64,000 bases of DNA from Dendrobates tinctorius (lineage: Eukaryota), in contig NW_027361699.1 of the NCBI RefSeq assembly GCF_039654945.1, positions 7,564,001 through 7,628,000 on the forward strand, given 5' to 3'. A program made the position numbers and the translations under genes. Below, piece by piece: positions 51,373-63,190 of the stretch; the stretch's first letter is position 1; the number at the start of each line of letters is the position of its first letter. Below the pieces are notes generated by a model. That model saw only the letters and a program-made list of their open reading frames with translations. It was not told the DNA's origin and made no database searches.

Positions 51373-52796
51373 TTACAAATATGCACTAAATCCAAAGCTT
51401 TCATTTAACCCATTTGGCACCATTGTTCCCAACCTATATATCCATTTACATTCAAGTTTGGCCAGGTTCTTACCCAAATCACCCCCTCTAGATCCTAATT
51501 GCAGAACATCAATGCCTTTAGCAAAAAATAAACTCGAATCACTATTGTGATAATGGAAAAAATGTCTAGGAATCGTTTTGAGAAGAGACGGATCTGTAGC
51601 ATTCCGCCCCTTCTCAATATCCCGCACATGCTCCCTAATTCGTACACGCAACTCTCATGTCGTAAGCCCATCATATAGCTTGCCACAGGGGCATTGTAAG
51701 CTGTAAATAACCCCTTTTGTTGTGCATGTTATAAAGTGCCTAAGGAGAAAATTCCGTGTACCAGCAGCATTTGAAAATTCTTTTGTGTTTACCATATTGG
51801 CACACCCTTTACAGTGTCCACATGGAAAGAATCCTTTAATTTCCAGCCACGTATTATTGCTGGGTACCGATGATTCATAGTGGCTATGTACCAGACAATC
51901 GTTGAGATTCTTAGATCTCCGAGCTGTAATCAATGGTGAAGATGGCAAGCACTTTTTCAAAACAGGATCTGATAGTAAAATAGGCCAGTGTTTTTAAATA
52001 ATATCCTTAAATTCAAACCACTGGCTATTGAATGTTGAAATTAAGAGAACATCATTTTCCTTGTCTTTAACAAAAGCATTCTTATAGAGCAATTCATTTC
52101 TAGAAGTATATTTAGCCCGATGGTAACCTCGTGTAATCATTTTTTTTAGCGTAACCTCTATCACTGAACCTCTTTCTTAGTATCTTAGATTGTAGTTCAA
52201 ATGAGAAATCATCAGAACAGATGCATTTTATCCTCAGGAATTGACCTACAGGTATGCCACCTATGGTAGATCGAGGATGAGATGAAGTAGCGTGCAACAA
52301 AGTATTAGTTGCCGTAGGTTTCCTATATACTTCTGTCATGAGGCAACCATTAGAAGAGGTTTTAATCAATATGTCCAAAAAATCCAGTTCCCTACCAGCT
52401 TTGTAGGTCAATTTAATATTCAAATTATTTTGATTCAATTTGGTCATCAAAACATCCAAGTCCTGTTTGGGGCCCTCCCATATGAACCACACATCATCGA
52501 TATATCTCATCCAATGATGTGTGTTCTCAATACCAGGGACAGGGTTACTAATAAATATCTCCCTCTCCCACGCACCCAAAAATAAATTCGCATATGACGG
52601 TGCGCAGGAAGCCCCCATGGCAGTCCCCTGCTTTTGTAAAAAAATTTTTATTAAAAATAAAACAATTATGTGTTAAAATGAACTCCAAAAGGACTAGGAG
52701 CAGTTTAACCAATTCTGAATCAAGATTACTCGTTTGGAGATACCAAGACACAGAGGCCAACCCATCCTTATGTCTTTTAGACATATATAGGGATTC
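51373..52796 (-). pseudogene. Penelope RT C-terminal half plus complete GIY-YIG endonuclease (disrupted)
   Basis: MGASCAPSYANLF, RYIDD, PCGHCKGC, TCTTKGVIYSLQCPCGKLYDGLTT*, RIREH, LECKWIYRLGTMVPNGLN. Confidence 0.9.
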
Positions 52797-52829
52797 ATAA
52801 AATCACTTGATGAAGAGATTGATAAAACG

Positions 52830-54782
52830 TTGGCATTAATACGTAAAGATATACAAGAGGATGTATTAGAGCGGTGTCTTAAGGATATTGAAAAGGATTT
52901 AGAAATATGTGAACAAAATATTAGTGATGGCAAGAAAAAGAAATTTGCCAGGGATTTGTCTGATTACGAGTCTAAAAAAATATTTCGGTGGCAAAATTTG
53001 GATAAAAATAAAAATCAGCCAAAAAGAAGTGAGTCCATGAATTCTCTCTCTTCATCGGTTGGAGCTTATGGGTCAGAGAGCAACAGAGAATCCTCTTATG
53101 TATCAGGACCTGTCACAAGATATGCCTATCATAATAAAAAAACATCTCAACCGTTTAAAAACCAAAGAAAAGAGAGAAATTATGAGAATGACAAGAGCAA
53201 GGTAATTAATTTGTCATCGCATGTACTTACTTTGCCTCAAATTGAAGTTCTAGGAAAAGGTTTAACCTTTTCACCATCCTGTTCTATAGATCCGTATCTA
53301 ACGATTAAGGATGTCCACTTGTTTTCCCACAAAATCCTCTTGAGAAAATTTCATTTCAAAACAGCAGAGGGTCTCAACACTAGAGAGGAGCAAGAGGCCC
53401 TTGAAGTGTTGGAATCCTTGGCAGAGGAAAATGACAATTCTTCTGAGGTAAGCAATTTTCCAAAAAAATTGTTTTGTAAATCCAAAAAATTCCCTGCACT
53501 GAGTGTTGGTCTGGCAGTGGAATTTTTTACAAAAATTGTGTCTAATGATGTTGAGAAATTGGCTGAGACTAAAAGAAAAAAAATTAATCTAACATATGAT
53601 CAGCAAAAGGCCTTAGAAGAAATGCAAAAGTGGAATGATGTGGTCTTTAAGGCCGCAGATAAAGGGGGTAACCTAGTGATATGGCCAAATGAGCTATATG
53701 AAAATCAGGCATATAGACTCTTAAATGATTTCAATTTCTATCGCAGGTTGCCCTCCAATCCTTTGCCAGCATATCAGGAGGAATTGATCTCTATTTTGGA
53801 AGAGGCTGTTATTGCAGGAACTATCCCTAAACAAGTGTTGAAAACTATACAAAAATTTAGTCTAAAACTTCCAACTTTTTATTTAATCCCTAAAATTCAC
53901 AATGATCCCCTTAATCCCCCTGGGAGACCTATTGTGGCGGGCAATGATCGTCTCTGTGAAATCATTTGTGATACTTTGGATTATCATTTGAGACCTTTGG
54001 TGACGAGCTTACCATCTTATATTAGGGATACCACGTCTGCCTTGCAAAGATTGGATGGAATGCATTTGACTGATGACATGATAATGGTCACAGCAGACGT
54101 GGAATCCCTATATACGTCTATAAGACATAAGGATGGGTTGGCCTCTGTGTCTTGGTATCTCCAAACCAGTAATCTTGATTCAGAATTGGTTAAACTGCTC
54201 CTAGTCCTATTGGAGTTCATTTTAACACATAATTGTTTTATTTTTAATAAAAAAATTTTTTTACAAAAACAGGGGACTGCCATGGGGGCTTCCTGTGCAC
54301 CGTCATTTGCGAATTTATTTTTGGGTGCGTGGGAGAGGGAGATTTTTATTAGTAACCCTGTCCCTGGTATTGAGAACACACATCATTGGATGAGATATAT
54401 CGATGATGTGTGGTTCATATGGGAGGGCCCCAAACAGGATGTTTTGATGCCCAAATTGAATCAAAATAATTTGAATATTAAATTGACCTACAAAGCTGGT
54501 AGGGAACTGGAGTTTTTGGACATATTGATTAAAACCTCTTCTAATGGTTGCCTCATGACAGAAGTATATAGGAAACCTACGGCAACTAATACTTTGTTGC
54601 ACGCTACTTCATCTCATCCTCGATCTACCATAGGTGGCATACCTGTAGGTCAATTCCTGAGGATAAAACACATCTGTTCTGATGATTTCTCGTTTGAACA
54701 ACAATCTAAGATGCTAAGAAAGAGGTTCAATGATAGACGTTACCCTAAAAAAAATGATTACACAAGGTTACCATCGGGCTAA
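52830..54782 (+). CDS. Penelope-like reverse transcriptase ORF (650 aa, probably 5'-truncated, frameshifted at 3' end)
   Basis: KKFARD..DY, VINLS, ADKGGNLVIW, FYLIPKIH, PGRPIV, TADVESLYT, GTAMG, RYIDD, YRKPT..SSHP. Confidence 0.9.
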   Translation: MALIRKDIQEDVLERCLKDIEKDLEICEQNISDGKKKKFARDLSDYESKKIFRWQNLDKNKNQPKRSESMNSLSSSVGAYGSESNRESSYVSGPVTRYAYHNKKTSQPFKNQRKERNYENDKSKVINLSSHVLTLPQIEVLGKGLTFSPSCSIDPYLTIKDVHLFSHKILLRKFHFKTAEGLNTREEQEALEVLESLAEENDNSSEVSNFPKKLFCKSKKFPALSVGLAVEFFTKIVSNDVEKLAETKRKKINLTYDQQKALEEMQKWNDVVFKAADKGGNLVIWPNELYENQAYRLLNDFNFYRRLPSNPLPAYQEELISILEEAVIAGTIPKQVLKTIQKFSLKLPTFYLIPKIHNDPLNPPGRPIVAGNDRLCEIICDTLDYHLRPLVTSLPSYIRDTTSALQRLDGMHLTDDMIMVTADVESLYTSIRHKDGLASVSWYLQTSNLDSELVKLLLVLLEFILTHNCFIFNKKIFLQKQGTAMGASCAPSFANLFLGAWEREIFISNPVPGIENTHHWMRYIDDVWFIWEGPKQDVLMPKLNQNNLNIKLTYKAGRELEFLDILIKTSSNGCLMTEVYRKPTATNTLLHATSSHPRSTIGGIPVGQFLRIKHICSDDFSFEQQSKMLRKRFNDRRYPKKNDYTRLPSG

Positions 54783-55194
54783 ATATACTTCTAGAAATGA
54801 ATTGCTCTATAAGAATGCTTTTGTTAAAGAAAAGGAAAATGATGTTCGCTTAATTTCAACATTCAATAGCCAGTGGTTTGAATTTAAGGATATTATTCAA
54901 AAACACTGGCCTATTTTACTATCAGATCCTGTTTTGAAAAAGTGCTTGCCATCTTCACCATTGATTACAGCTCGGAGATCTAAGAATCTCAAAGATTTTC
55001 TGGTACATAGCCACTATGAATCATCGGTACCAAGCAATAATACGTGGCTGGAAATTAAAGGATGCTTTCCATGTGGACACTGTAAAGGGTGTGCCAATAT
55101 GGTAAAGACAAAAGAATTTTCAAATGCTGCTGGTACACTGAATTTTCTCCTTAGGCACTTTATAACATGCTCAACAAAAGGTGCAATTTACAGC
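54755..55194 (+). pseudogene. Penelope linker/Zn-knuckle and truncated GIY-YIG start
   Basis: MITQGYHRA..PCGHCKGC..TCSTKGAIY, then a ~0.4-kb deletion relative to the left arm. Confidence 0.85.
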
Positions 55195-56064
55195 GCACTA
55201 ATCATTATTTTTATTTATTTATTTTAGTTGTTTGGCGCTTTTTTGGCATATAATTGTGTTGTCTGGAAATCATCAAGAATAATTGCTAAAGAATATACTA
55301 CTGCAATCTACACGTCCATCAATTATTCATATATATAATTTATGAAGAATACATATATAAAAAATTATTGTTCTATATATCTGTTTTGTATCTCATAATT
55401 TGCACATTATAATTCACGTACTGTATATTGTATATTACTGTATATTTTTTTGCACTGTAATTATTTAATTATATTATAAATTACTATTATAAATTAATGA
55501 ACACTGTTAAAATATATATTTAATTATTTGAGTATATTGTCTTATATGGTAAAATATATTTGGTATTATTTGAACATAAAAATTTAAGCACTTTAGATTT
55601 ATGATGACTTGTATAATGATCTGAGCAATTATGCTCTGTTATTTTATGACTAATGCACATTGTCACTTTTTTACGTTATCTAGTGTATAAATTAATATGA
55701 TCTAAATATTCTATGCACTTTCGGTTTGTAATAAGCACATAGTCCCTTTTATATGGTATTCAGTTTGTGAAGCTATATTGGAATAGCCACTATTGAGCGC
55801 ACAGTTTCATTCACCAGCGCTGGGACTCTGATATCCCCGGCAATTCAGAGTCGGCTGACACACACGTGTGCCTGATACTATTGCAACCTGGGTGTTTGCG
55901 TCTCACTAGCTGGAGATGACGGGTCATTTGTGAGGCAGCGGTGATATGATACGGCGTGCCGCATTTAGTTCGGCTTTTTCTAATGAACACATGTGATCGC
56001 ATTTAGCGCATTTTGATTGGCACACAGACAATTTAAAAACCCGCTCTCCCTCTTCCCCGATATG

Positions 56065-56098
56065 CCCCCTGATGAAGAGGGCAAAACGCGCATTGGGG
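56065..56098 (+). ncRNA. Decayed hammerhead ribozyme copy in right Penelope arm
   Basis: CCCC CTGATGA AGAGGGC AAAAC GCGC ATT GGGG. GAAA box changed to AAAA and GUC to AUU, consistent with CpG decay. Confidence 0.65.
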
Positions 56099-56539
56099 TG
56101 AGGGACGTGGCACAAGGCTCTATACATGTGAGTTCATATTGTATCTTTATTGAGCTTACTGGTTCCTTGCTGTGGGGAATTACATTAGTATTACTCCATC
56201 TTTTTTGGTGTTTATTAGCTATGGCTTTGCCGGTCTTACTACATTTATTGGAGGTTAATGAATTTTTAACCCTTTATTATTAACATTAAAGGGCCAGTAC
56301 TGGTTTACAATTGTATCTATACAATCATGTGTTGAAAGTGGTCTGTAGCCTTTTTCAGTCCTGCCACAGAGGTCATTTTAGCTTGTATATTTTTCTTTTT
56401 CTTTTTGTTATTATGTATTAAAAAATTTTCCATGTGGAATAACAAAAATATTTTTATAAATTTTCAAATATTGTGCTTGTTTGATAATATTACTGTGTAA
56501 GGCACATTAAAATATTGTTTGTTGGATCTTTTGGTTAAT

Positions 56540-57120
56540 TATAGTAGTAGTAGTAGTAGTAGTAGTAGTAGCATTTATGTTTTTTTCTCTCATATTATTA
56601 TTATTATTATTATTAGCAGTAGCATTTATTATGCTTTATTTGCTCTCATATTATTATTATTAGTAGTAGTAGTAGCATTTATTATGTTTTATTTGCTCTC
56701 ATATTATTATTATTAGTAGTAGTAGTAGTAGTAGTAGCATTTATTATGTTTTATTTCTTCTCATATTATTAGTAGTAGCATTTATTATGTTTTATTTCTT
56801 CTCATGTAATTATTATTAGTAGTAGTAGTAGAAGCATTTATTATGTTGTATTTGTTCTCATATAATTATTATTAGTAGTAGTAGTCACATTTATTATTTT
56901 TTATTTGTTCTCATATTAATATTAGTAGCAGTAATAGCATATACTAGGTTTTATTTGATCTCATATTATTATTATTAGTAGTAGTAGTAGTAGTAGCATT
57001 TACTAGGTTTTATTTGATCTCATATTATTATTATTAGTAGTAATATTATTGTTTTATTTGTCCTCATATTATCATTTGTTCTCATTTTTTTATTATTATT
57101 ATTACTTTTCTTCTTATTAT
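56540..57120. repeat. (TTA)n/(TAG)n compound minisatellite, right of Penelope
   Basis: About 10 units of the same motif as 48240-48380. Confidence 0.9.
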
Positions 57121-58925
57121 TAACTGTTTACATTATTTTTAGTCCTACTAAGGGTCTTGTCACTATTATTACTTGTTGGCTGACGAAATACACTGATATT
57201 TCTGCGGCGTACTATGGCTGTTGGACGAGCATCTGGTTAGGTCCTGCCTCTGGATCCATGAGCCAGTGGGTGGGTACCAAATAGTAATTATACTATAATG
57301 TTACTATCTAACCACTATATGCAGAATTTGAATGAAAGAAGAATGATACTTAAACCTATACTTATTAAATAATGACTCCCATATCATTCCTCAAGGTTTA
57401 GATGCTAGCGCTAATACTATTATATATTCTTGACACCGCTAGCCCAATGTGTGGGCGACAAGCTTTAAAGGGCTACATCTGTCTAGCGCTTCTGATTTGG
57501 AGTGTCACATTTGTAGTGACCTAAGCAGTGATGTTAATGAACACGTACTGCGATTCCGCTACTGTTAATTAATTTCCCATGTGTTATCAGTTCACTGAGA
57601 TACCATTTCTAAGAAATGACACGTGCCCAGTTCTTTCAATTCCAAGCTTTCTTTAACTCCTTAAGCAGATCTTATTTTCAATTAGGAACAGTGGAAAACA
57701 ACGCAGTAAACTAATAACACAAGTGTCTTACTGTGGCTGGGGAAGTCGGAGGCTAGCTCGCCATCCTTTGTAACTCAGTTGCAATACCATATGTCTCTGT
57801 TGACATTAAAGTGCTTAGTTCCAAATGAGTTGGCTTCATTCAGGCATCTTAATTCAAGAGTGGATGATTGGATCTTAAGCTAAAAACCTATTAAACAGTA
57901 AGTACTTATGTATCTGGGAGGTATTAAAGGAACATCATAGTGTGATGCCAATAAATCCTCCATCTAGTACTGCTTGGATAAAGCTTACTTGATCTCCAGA
58001 TATCATTAAGGACAAGCTTATAACATGGACTTTAAACCCAGGGGTCATTGTATACATTGGAGTGATTTTCAGCACAAAGATCCCTTATCTTAGCTGTTTG
58101 CAAAATAATTTGTTCTTAGTAGTGTTGTGATCTTATAGATAGACATTATAACCCATCTATTTTTTAAGCACTGTAGGCAAAAACTTGATGTAATGTTACT
58201 TATCACACAATTTGGTGTCTTCTGTAATGACTACCCCTAATATACTGTTGCTACATTGGATAGAGATATAATTAGTATTGTAGGTTTCTTCCGCTATTGG
58301 GAAAACATAATAAATCCTGATCTAGAAAAGCGCTCATCCCAGGGAAGAAAAGTGTCAGAATATTGATTCATTATTGATTTATTATTAAGACAGACAGATT
58401 GTCCAGTGATTTCACAAAATATGCTTCAGTCACTGTCCTAGTTTGGCCTCTTAGTTTAGAATATCACATTTATTTTCTAGAACCCGCAAGCTGAACATTG
58501 AGAAATAAAGTCATTACTTTTTTCTGATACAAAAAAAAAAAAAGGAATGATCAAGCAAGTAGCCTAAGATGGAAACATTTATGTATTTTCTCTTCTATGG
58601 ATGAAAAAAAATCATCCAACACTCACTGATATCTGTGACATCATTATCTCAACGCCTATTTGTCCGAAACTGTTGCTAACATTATGTTTTTTCTTTTTTT
58701 TTTCCTTGCAAAATACATTTTTATTCAATGAAAATTTTATGTCGATTTACACATTATTTTAAACATTTAATGTAGAATGTTTGTACATGTTCAAAAGATT
58801 TGTAGTGATCCGTTTTTCTTGTTCTCAAATAAGAAAGGGAAACATGTCACCTATGAAAATTACAAATCTGCTCTGCCAATGGTCCAGAATGGAGTGAGAG
58901 ATTAGAATGGTTTAAATGCATTTTG

Positions 58926-59811
58926 TATTTGTGAACACGTTTCGAAGCAAATATTATTATTATTATTTATTTATATAGCGCCATTAATTCCATGGTGCTG
59001 TACATGAGAAGGGGGATTACATACAAAGTTATAGACGTCGTTAACAGTAAACACATTTACAATGACAGACTGGTACAGAGGGGAGGGGACCCTGTCCTTG
59101 CAGACTTACATTCTATGGGATAGTGGGGAAGAAACAGAAGGTCGGAGGTGCAGCAGCTCTGGTGGTGATGAGGCGGCGGCTCGAGCGATAGTGAGGCGGC
59201 AGAATGGTTATTGCAGGCTGTAAGCTTTCCTGAAAAGATGGGTTTTCAGGTTCCGTTTGAAGGATCCGAGGGTGGTGAATAATCGGACGTGTTGAGGCAT
59301 GGAATTCCAGAGGATAGGGGATATTCGGGAGAAATCTTGGAGGTGGTTGTGTGAGGAATGAATAAGTGTGGAGGAGAGTAGGAGGTCTTGGGAGGATTGA
59401 AGATTACGTGAGGGAAGATATTGGGAGATTAATTCAGAGATATAGGGAGGGGACAGGTTGTGGATGGTTTTGTAGGTCAGTGTTAGTAGTTTGAACTGGA
59501 TTCGTTGATGAATTGGGAGCCAGTGGAGGGATTTGCAGAGGGGAGAGACAGGGGAGTAGCGAGGAGAGAGGTGGATTAGTCGGGCAGCAGAGTTGAGGAC
59601 AGACTGGAGTGGTGCAAGCGAGTTAGCAGGGAGGCCACAGAGGAGAGTGTTGCAGTAGTCAAGGCGGGAGTTAATGAGGGCATGTACAAGAGTTTTAGTA
59701 GATTGAGAGCTGAAGAAGGGACGGATTCTGGAAATATTTTTGAGAATATGCTTCTTCATAAGGATTTTGCTAATGAAGAAGCATATTTACTTCGAAACGC
59801 GTTCACAAATA
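58926..59811. repeat. Palindrome of two hammerhead-like motifs, interrupted by L2
   Basis: Removing the L2 and one AATAT restores 39-bp arms with 2 mismatches around a 13-nt spacer. Confidence 0.65.
58955..59744 (-). mobile_element. 5'-truncated L2 LINE
   Basis: ORF 59208..59759 with SRLDYCNTLL, LHWLP, FKRNLKTHLF. (TAA)n tail, TSD AATAT (58950-58954, 59745-59749). Confidence 0.92.
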
Positions 59812-60329
59812 TGTTTACTGCAATGATCATTCTATTTCAGCACTTAGGGATCTTTGTCCTCATGACTCTCACTTTCCATTACTTTTGCCATTTCATTTCA
59901 TAGCCCCTTATAGCTACTGAGTGGGATTTCCCCCAATTTGTGCCTTTTTATTTAGACAGAAAACAGGAGAGGATCCCCTTCACTGTTTTTTTTAAAAGAG
60001 TAACATTACTCCTTCAGTTTTCTGAGTGAACAAATATTAAGATAGGCATCCCGAACAGCACCTTGTTCCTTATCATACATGCTGTTTTATGTTTTTTAAA
60101 CATTATTTTTTGACCATGCACTGTAAAAAAAACATTACATACGAGGTCATAGATATAAATCATGGAGCTCCATAGCAGAAGGCTTATTTGGGCCCCAAAC
60201 CTCCTTAGTAAAATAGTATTGGTAAAGTATACATAGTTTTGGCACAGGCATAATCACAGAAGGCCATATCTCCCAACTTTCAAAACTTCAATTGAAGCCT
60301 CTTAGTATGCTCTCCCACTTTGATGCTAG

Positions 60330-62770
60330 TTTCATGGCCCCCATAAAGTATGATGCCAACAAAAAGCCCCTCAAACACAGCATTCTACCCCCACACTGAA
60401 TTCCACAGCAGTACCACACACACGTACAGTATGATGTCCCCATAGCACCCTCATGCAGTAATGTCTGAACAGTTCCCCCACATGCGTTATGAGAGCAACC
60501 AGTGACCCCAACAAAGTATGATGGCACCAACAGTTCCACAACATGGTATGATGTCCTCACAGTCCCATAACACATTATGATGGCCTCCACATTCCTAAAA
60601 CATATTATGAGGCCCCCACATCCCTCCACACAATATTATGACCCACACACAGTTCTCCACAGAGTATAAAGGCCCATACACAGTATAATGGTCCTACACA
60701 GCCCTCCACTCAGTATAATGGCCCCATATAGTACTCCACACAGTAGGATGGCCCACACAAAGCCCTCCACACAGTATAATAGCCCCCACACAATATAATG
60801 GTCCCCCACAACCCTTCACATACAATAGCTTGTGAAAGTATTCATCCCCCTTTGCTTTTTACCTATTTTGTTACATTACAACCTTTGTTTAAATATATTT
60901 GTAATCCGATTTGTGTGTGAGGCATCAGCACTAAATATTTTAAGTTGGTGAAGTGAAGTGAGAAAAATATAGGCATACATTAAATTTATGGGATCAAATA
61001 ACTAAAAATTGGCATGTACATATGTATTCAACCTTTCTGCTATGAAGCCCCTAAAAATTTCTTGAGCCAGCAATTACCTTCTTAAGTCACATGCTTAGTG
61101 AATGGAAGTTCACCGGTGTGCAATCTAAGTGTCAAATGTCTGTCAGTATATACAAACCTTTTTGAAGCCCACAGAGGCTGCAACACCATCAAGCAAGAGG
61201 CACCATTAACCAAAAAACACCATGAAGAACAAAGAGATCTCCAAACAAGTCAGGGAAAAAGTTGTTGAGAAGTACAAGTCAGGGTTGGGCTATAAAAAAA
61301 TCCCAATCTCTGATGATCCCCCGGAGCACCATCAAATCCATTATCATCAAAAGGAAAGAACATAGTAGCACAACAAACCTGCCAAGAGAGGGCCGCCCAC
61401 CAAAACTCTCAGCTAGGGCAAGGAGGGCATTAATCAGAGAGGCAGCACAGAGACCAAATGCAGCCTTAAAGGAGCGGCAGAGTTCCCAAGCATAGACTGG
61501 AGTATCTGTACATACAACCACAATAAGCCATACACTCCCTAGAGGAGGCCTTTATTTAAGAGTGGGCACAAAAAAGCTTTTACTTACACAAAGAAAAATT
61601 GTAAGGCTCATTTCTAGTTTGCCAAAAGACATGTGGGAGACCAAAATAAAACTTTCTGATACAACCCCTTAAAAAAACAGTGAAATTCCATTTGGTGAGT
61701 TAACAAAACACGAAAAATGACAAAGGGGGTGAATACTTACCCAAGCCACTGTAGTATAAATACCCCCCACACACACACACACACACATCCTTGCACACAG
61801 TATAATGGCCCCTATAGTACTCTACACAGTATAAAAGCCTTCCATAGCCCTTCACATATACATAGTATAATGCCCCACCCACAGTCCTCTGCAAAGTATA
61901 ATGGTCCCCACAGTTCTCTACACAGTAATGATTCCCACACAGCCCTCCGCACAGCATAATGGCCCTCACAACTATAATGGCTGCCACACAGCATAATATC
62001 CCTCACATAGTTTAATGGCCACCACAGCCCTCCACACAGTATAATGACCCCACATAGCTCTCCATAGAGTATAAAGGCCCACAAACAGTATAATGGTCAT
62101 CTACTGCTATCAACATGTTATAATAGACCCTAATAGCCCTCCACACAGTATAATCCCCCACACACAGTTTAATGTCCCACAAACATTCACACAGTATAAT
62201 GACCCCCAAACAGCCATCCACACAGTGCAATGGAATTTCATCCACACAGTATAATGATCCAGTGCAACATCCACACAGCACAATGGACCCCACACAATAT
62301 ATTGCTCCCACACACCCCTGCACATAGTATAATGAAATCTCCAAAAATCTCCACACAGTATAATTGCCCCAGCACAATATAATGCCCTCCCCACAACATC
62401 CACAGAGTATATTGGCCCCCAAACAGTGTAATGGTCTTCCAGAGGCATCCACAAAGTACCACAAAGTACAATGGCCCCTACACAATTTAATTGTTTTGCA
62501 CAACCCTCCACATAGTATGACTTGCCCACAGTATAATAGCCCTTCACAGCCCTCCATACAATATAGTACCAGTGCACAGCCCTCCACAGCATTTAATGGC
62601 TCACATACAGTAGAGTGCCTCACCACAGTCCTCTACGCAGAATAATGACCCCCACACATTATAATGGCTTGCACACACAGGATGAGCTCCACTACAGCCC
62701 TACACACAGTTTGATCACCACAATTCCCCCACATACAGTTAATGTCCCCCAAAGCTCCCAACACTTTATG
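60330..62770. repeat. Degenerate minisatellite (cacacagtataatggcccc-like), split by Tc1
   Basis: Many diverged ccacacagtataatg units at 60330-60820 and 61752-62770. Confidence 0.8.
60823..61751 (+). mobile_element. Internally deleted Tc1 (Passport-like N-terminus)
   Basis: TA-flanked TIR remnants. MKNKEISKQVREKVVEKYKSGLGYKK from 61222, then GRPPKL. Confidence 0.8.
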
Positions 62771-62834
62771 ATGGGGAAACAGGAGCAAGGTGAATATGTG
62801 TTGTTTTGGATATTTTTCATATGTGTGTCTGTAT

Positions 62835-63190
62835 GCCTGTATATAGGAGTTCTGTGTGAAGGCTCATACTGTATATAGAGGGGAAGTGTGAGAGCTCATA
62901 CTATGTATAGGAAGGCTATTTGGGGCCCATAGTGTATATAGGAGGTATTTTTGGATCACATACTGTATATAGGAGATCTCATATTTTATATAGGGGCTGC
63001 TTGGGGCTCATTCTTGATATAAGGAGTGCTTTGTGTGGCATTATACTGTATATAGGGGTGCTGTGTGTGGGCTCATACTGTATATAGGAGTGCTTTGTGG
63101 GGGCTCAATGTATGTAGAGGGCTGTGTCAGATCTCATACTGTATATAAAGGGCTTGTATGTTGGCTCCTATGTCATAAAGGGGGGTATCA
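62835..63190. repeat. Minisatellite (ctcatactgtatatagg)
   Basis: Repeated ~32-bp units. Confidence 0.75.

Larger units (their letters stand above)
48419..56480. mobile_element. Penelope-like (Neptune-type) retroelement in inverted (foldback) configuration
   Basis: 48419-52796 (minus, excluding the Tc1) is the reverse complement of 54102-56480. PLE-type RT, GIY-YIG and hammerhead-bearing terminal repeats. Confidence 0.92.

Noticed and set aside
52830-54782. Telomerase or retron-type RT
   Set aside because: Motifs and the linked GIY-YIG and hammerhead repeats are those of Penelope-like elements.
61700-62878. Cys/Tyr/Gly-rich keratin-associated-like ORFs
   Set aside because: Translations of the cacacagtataat minisatellite in several overlapping frames.
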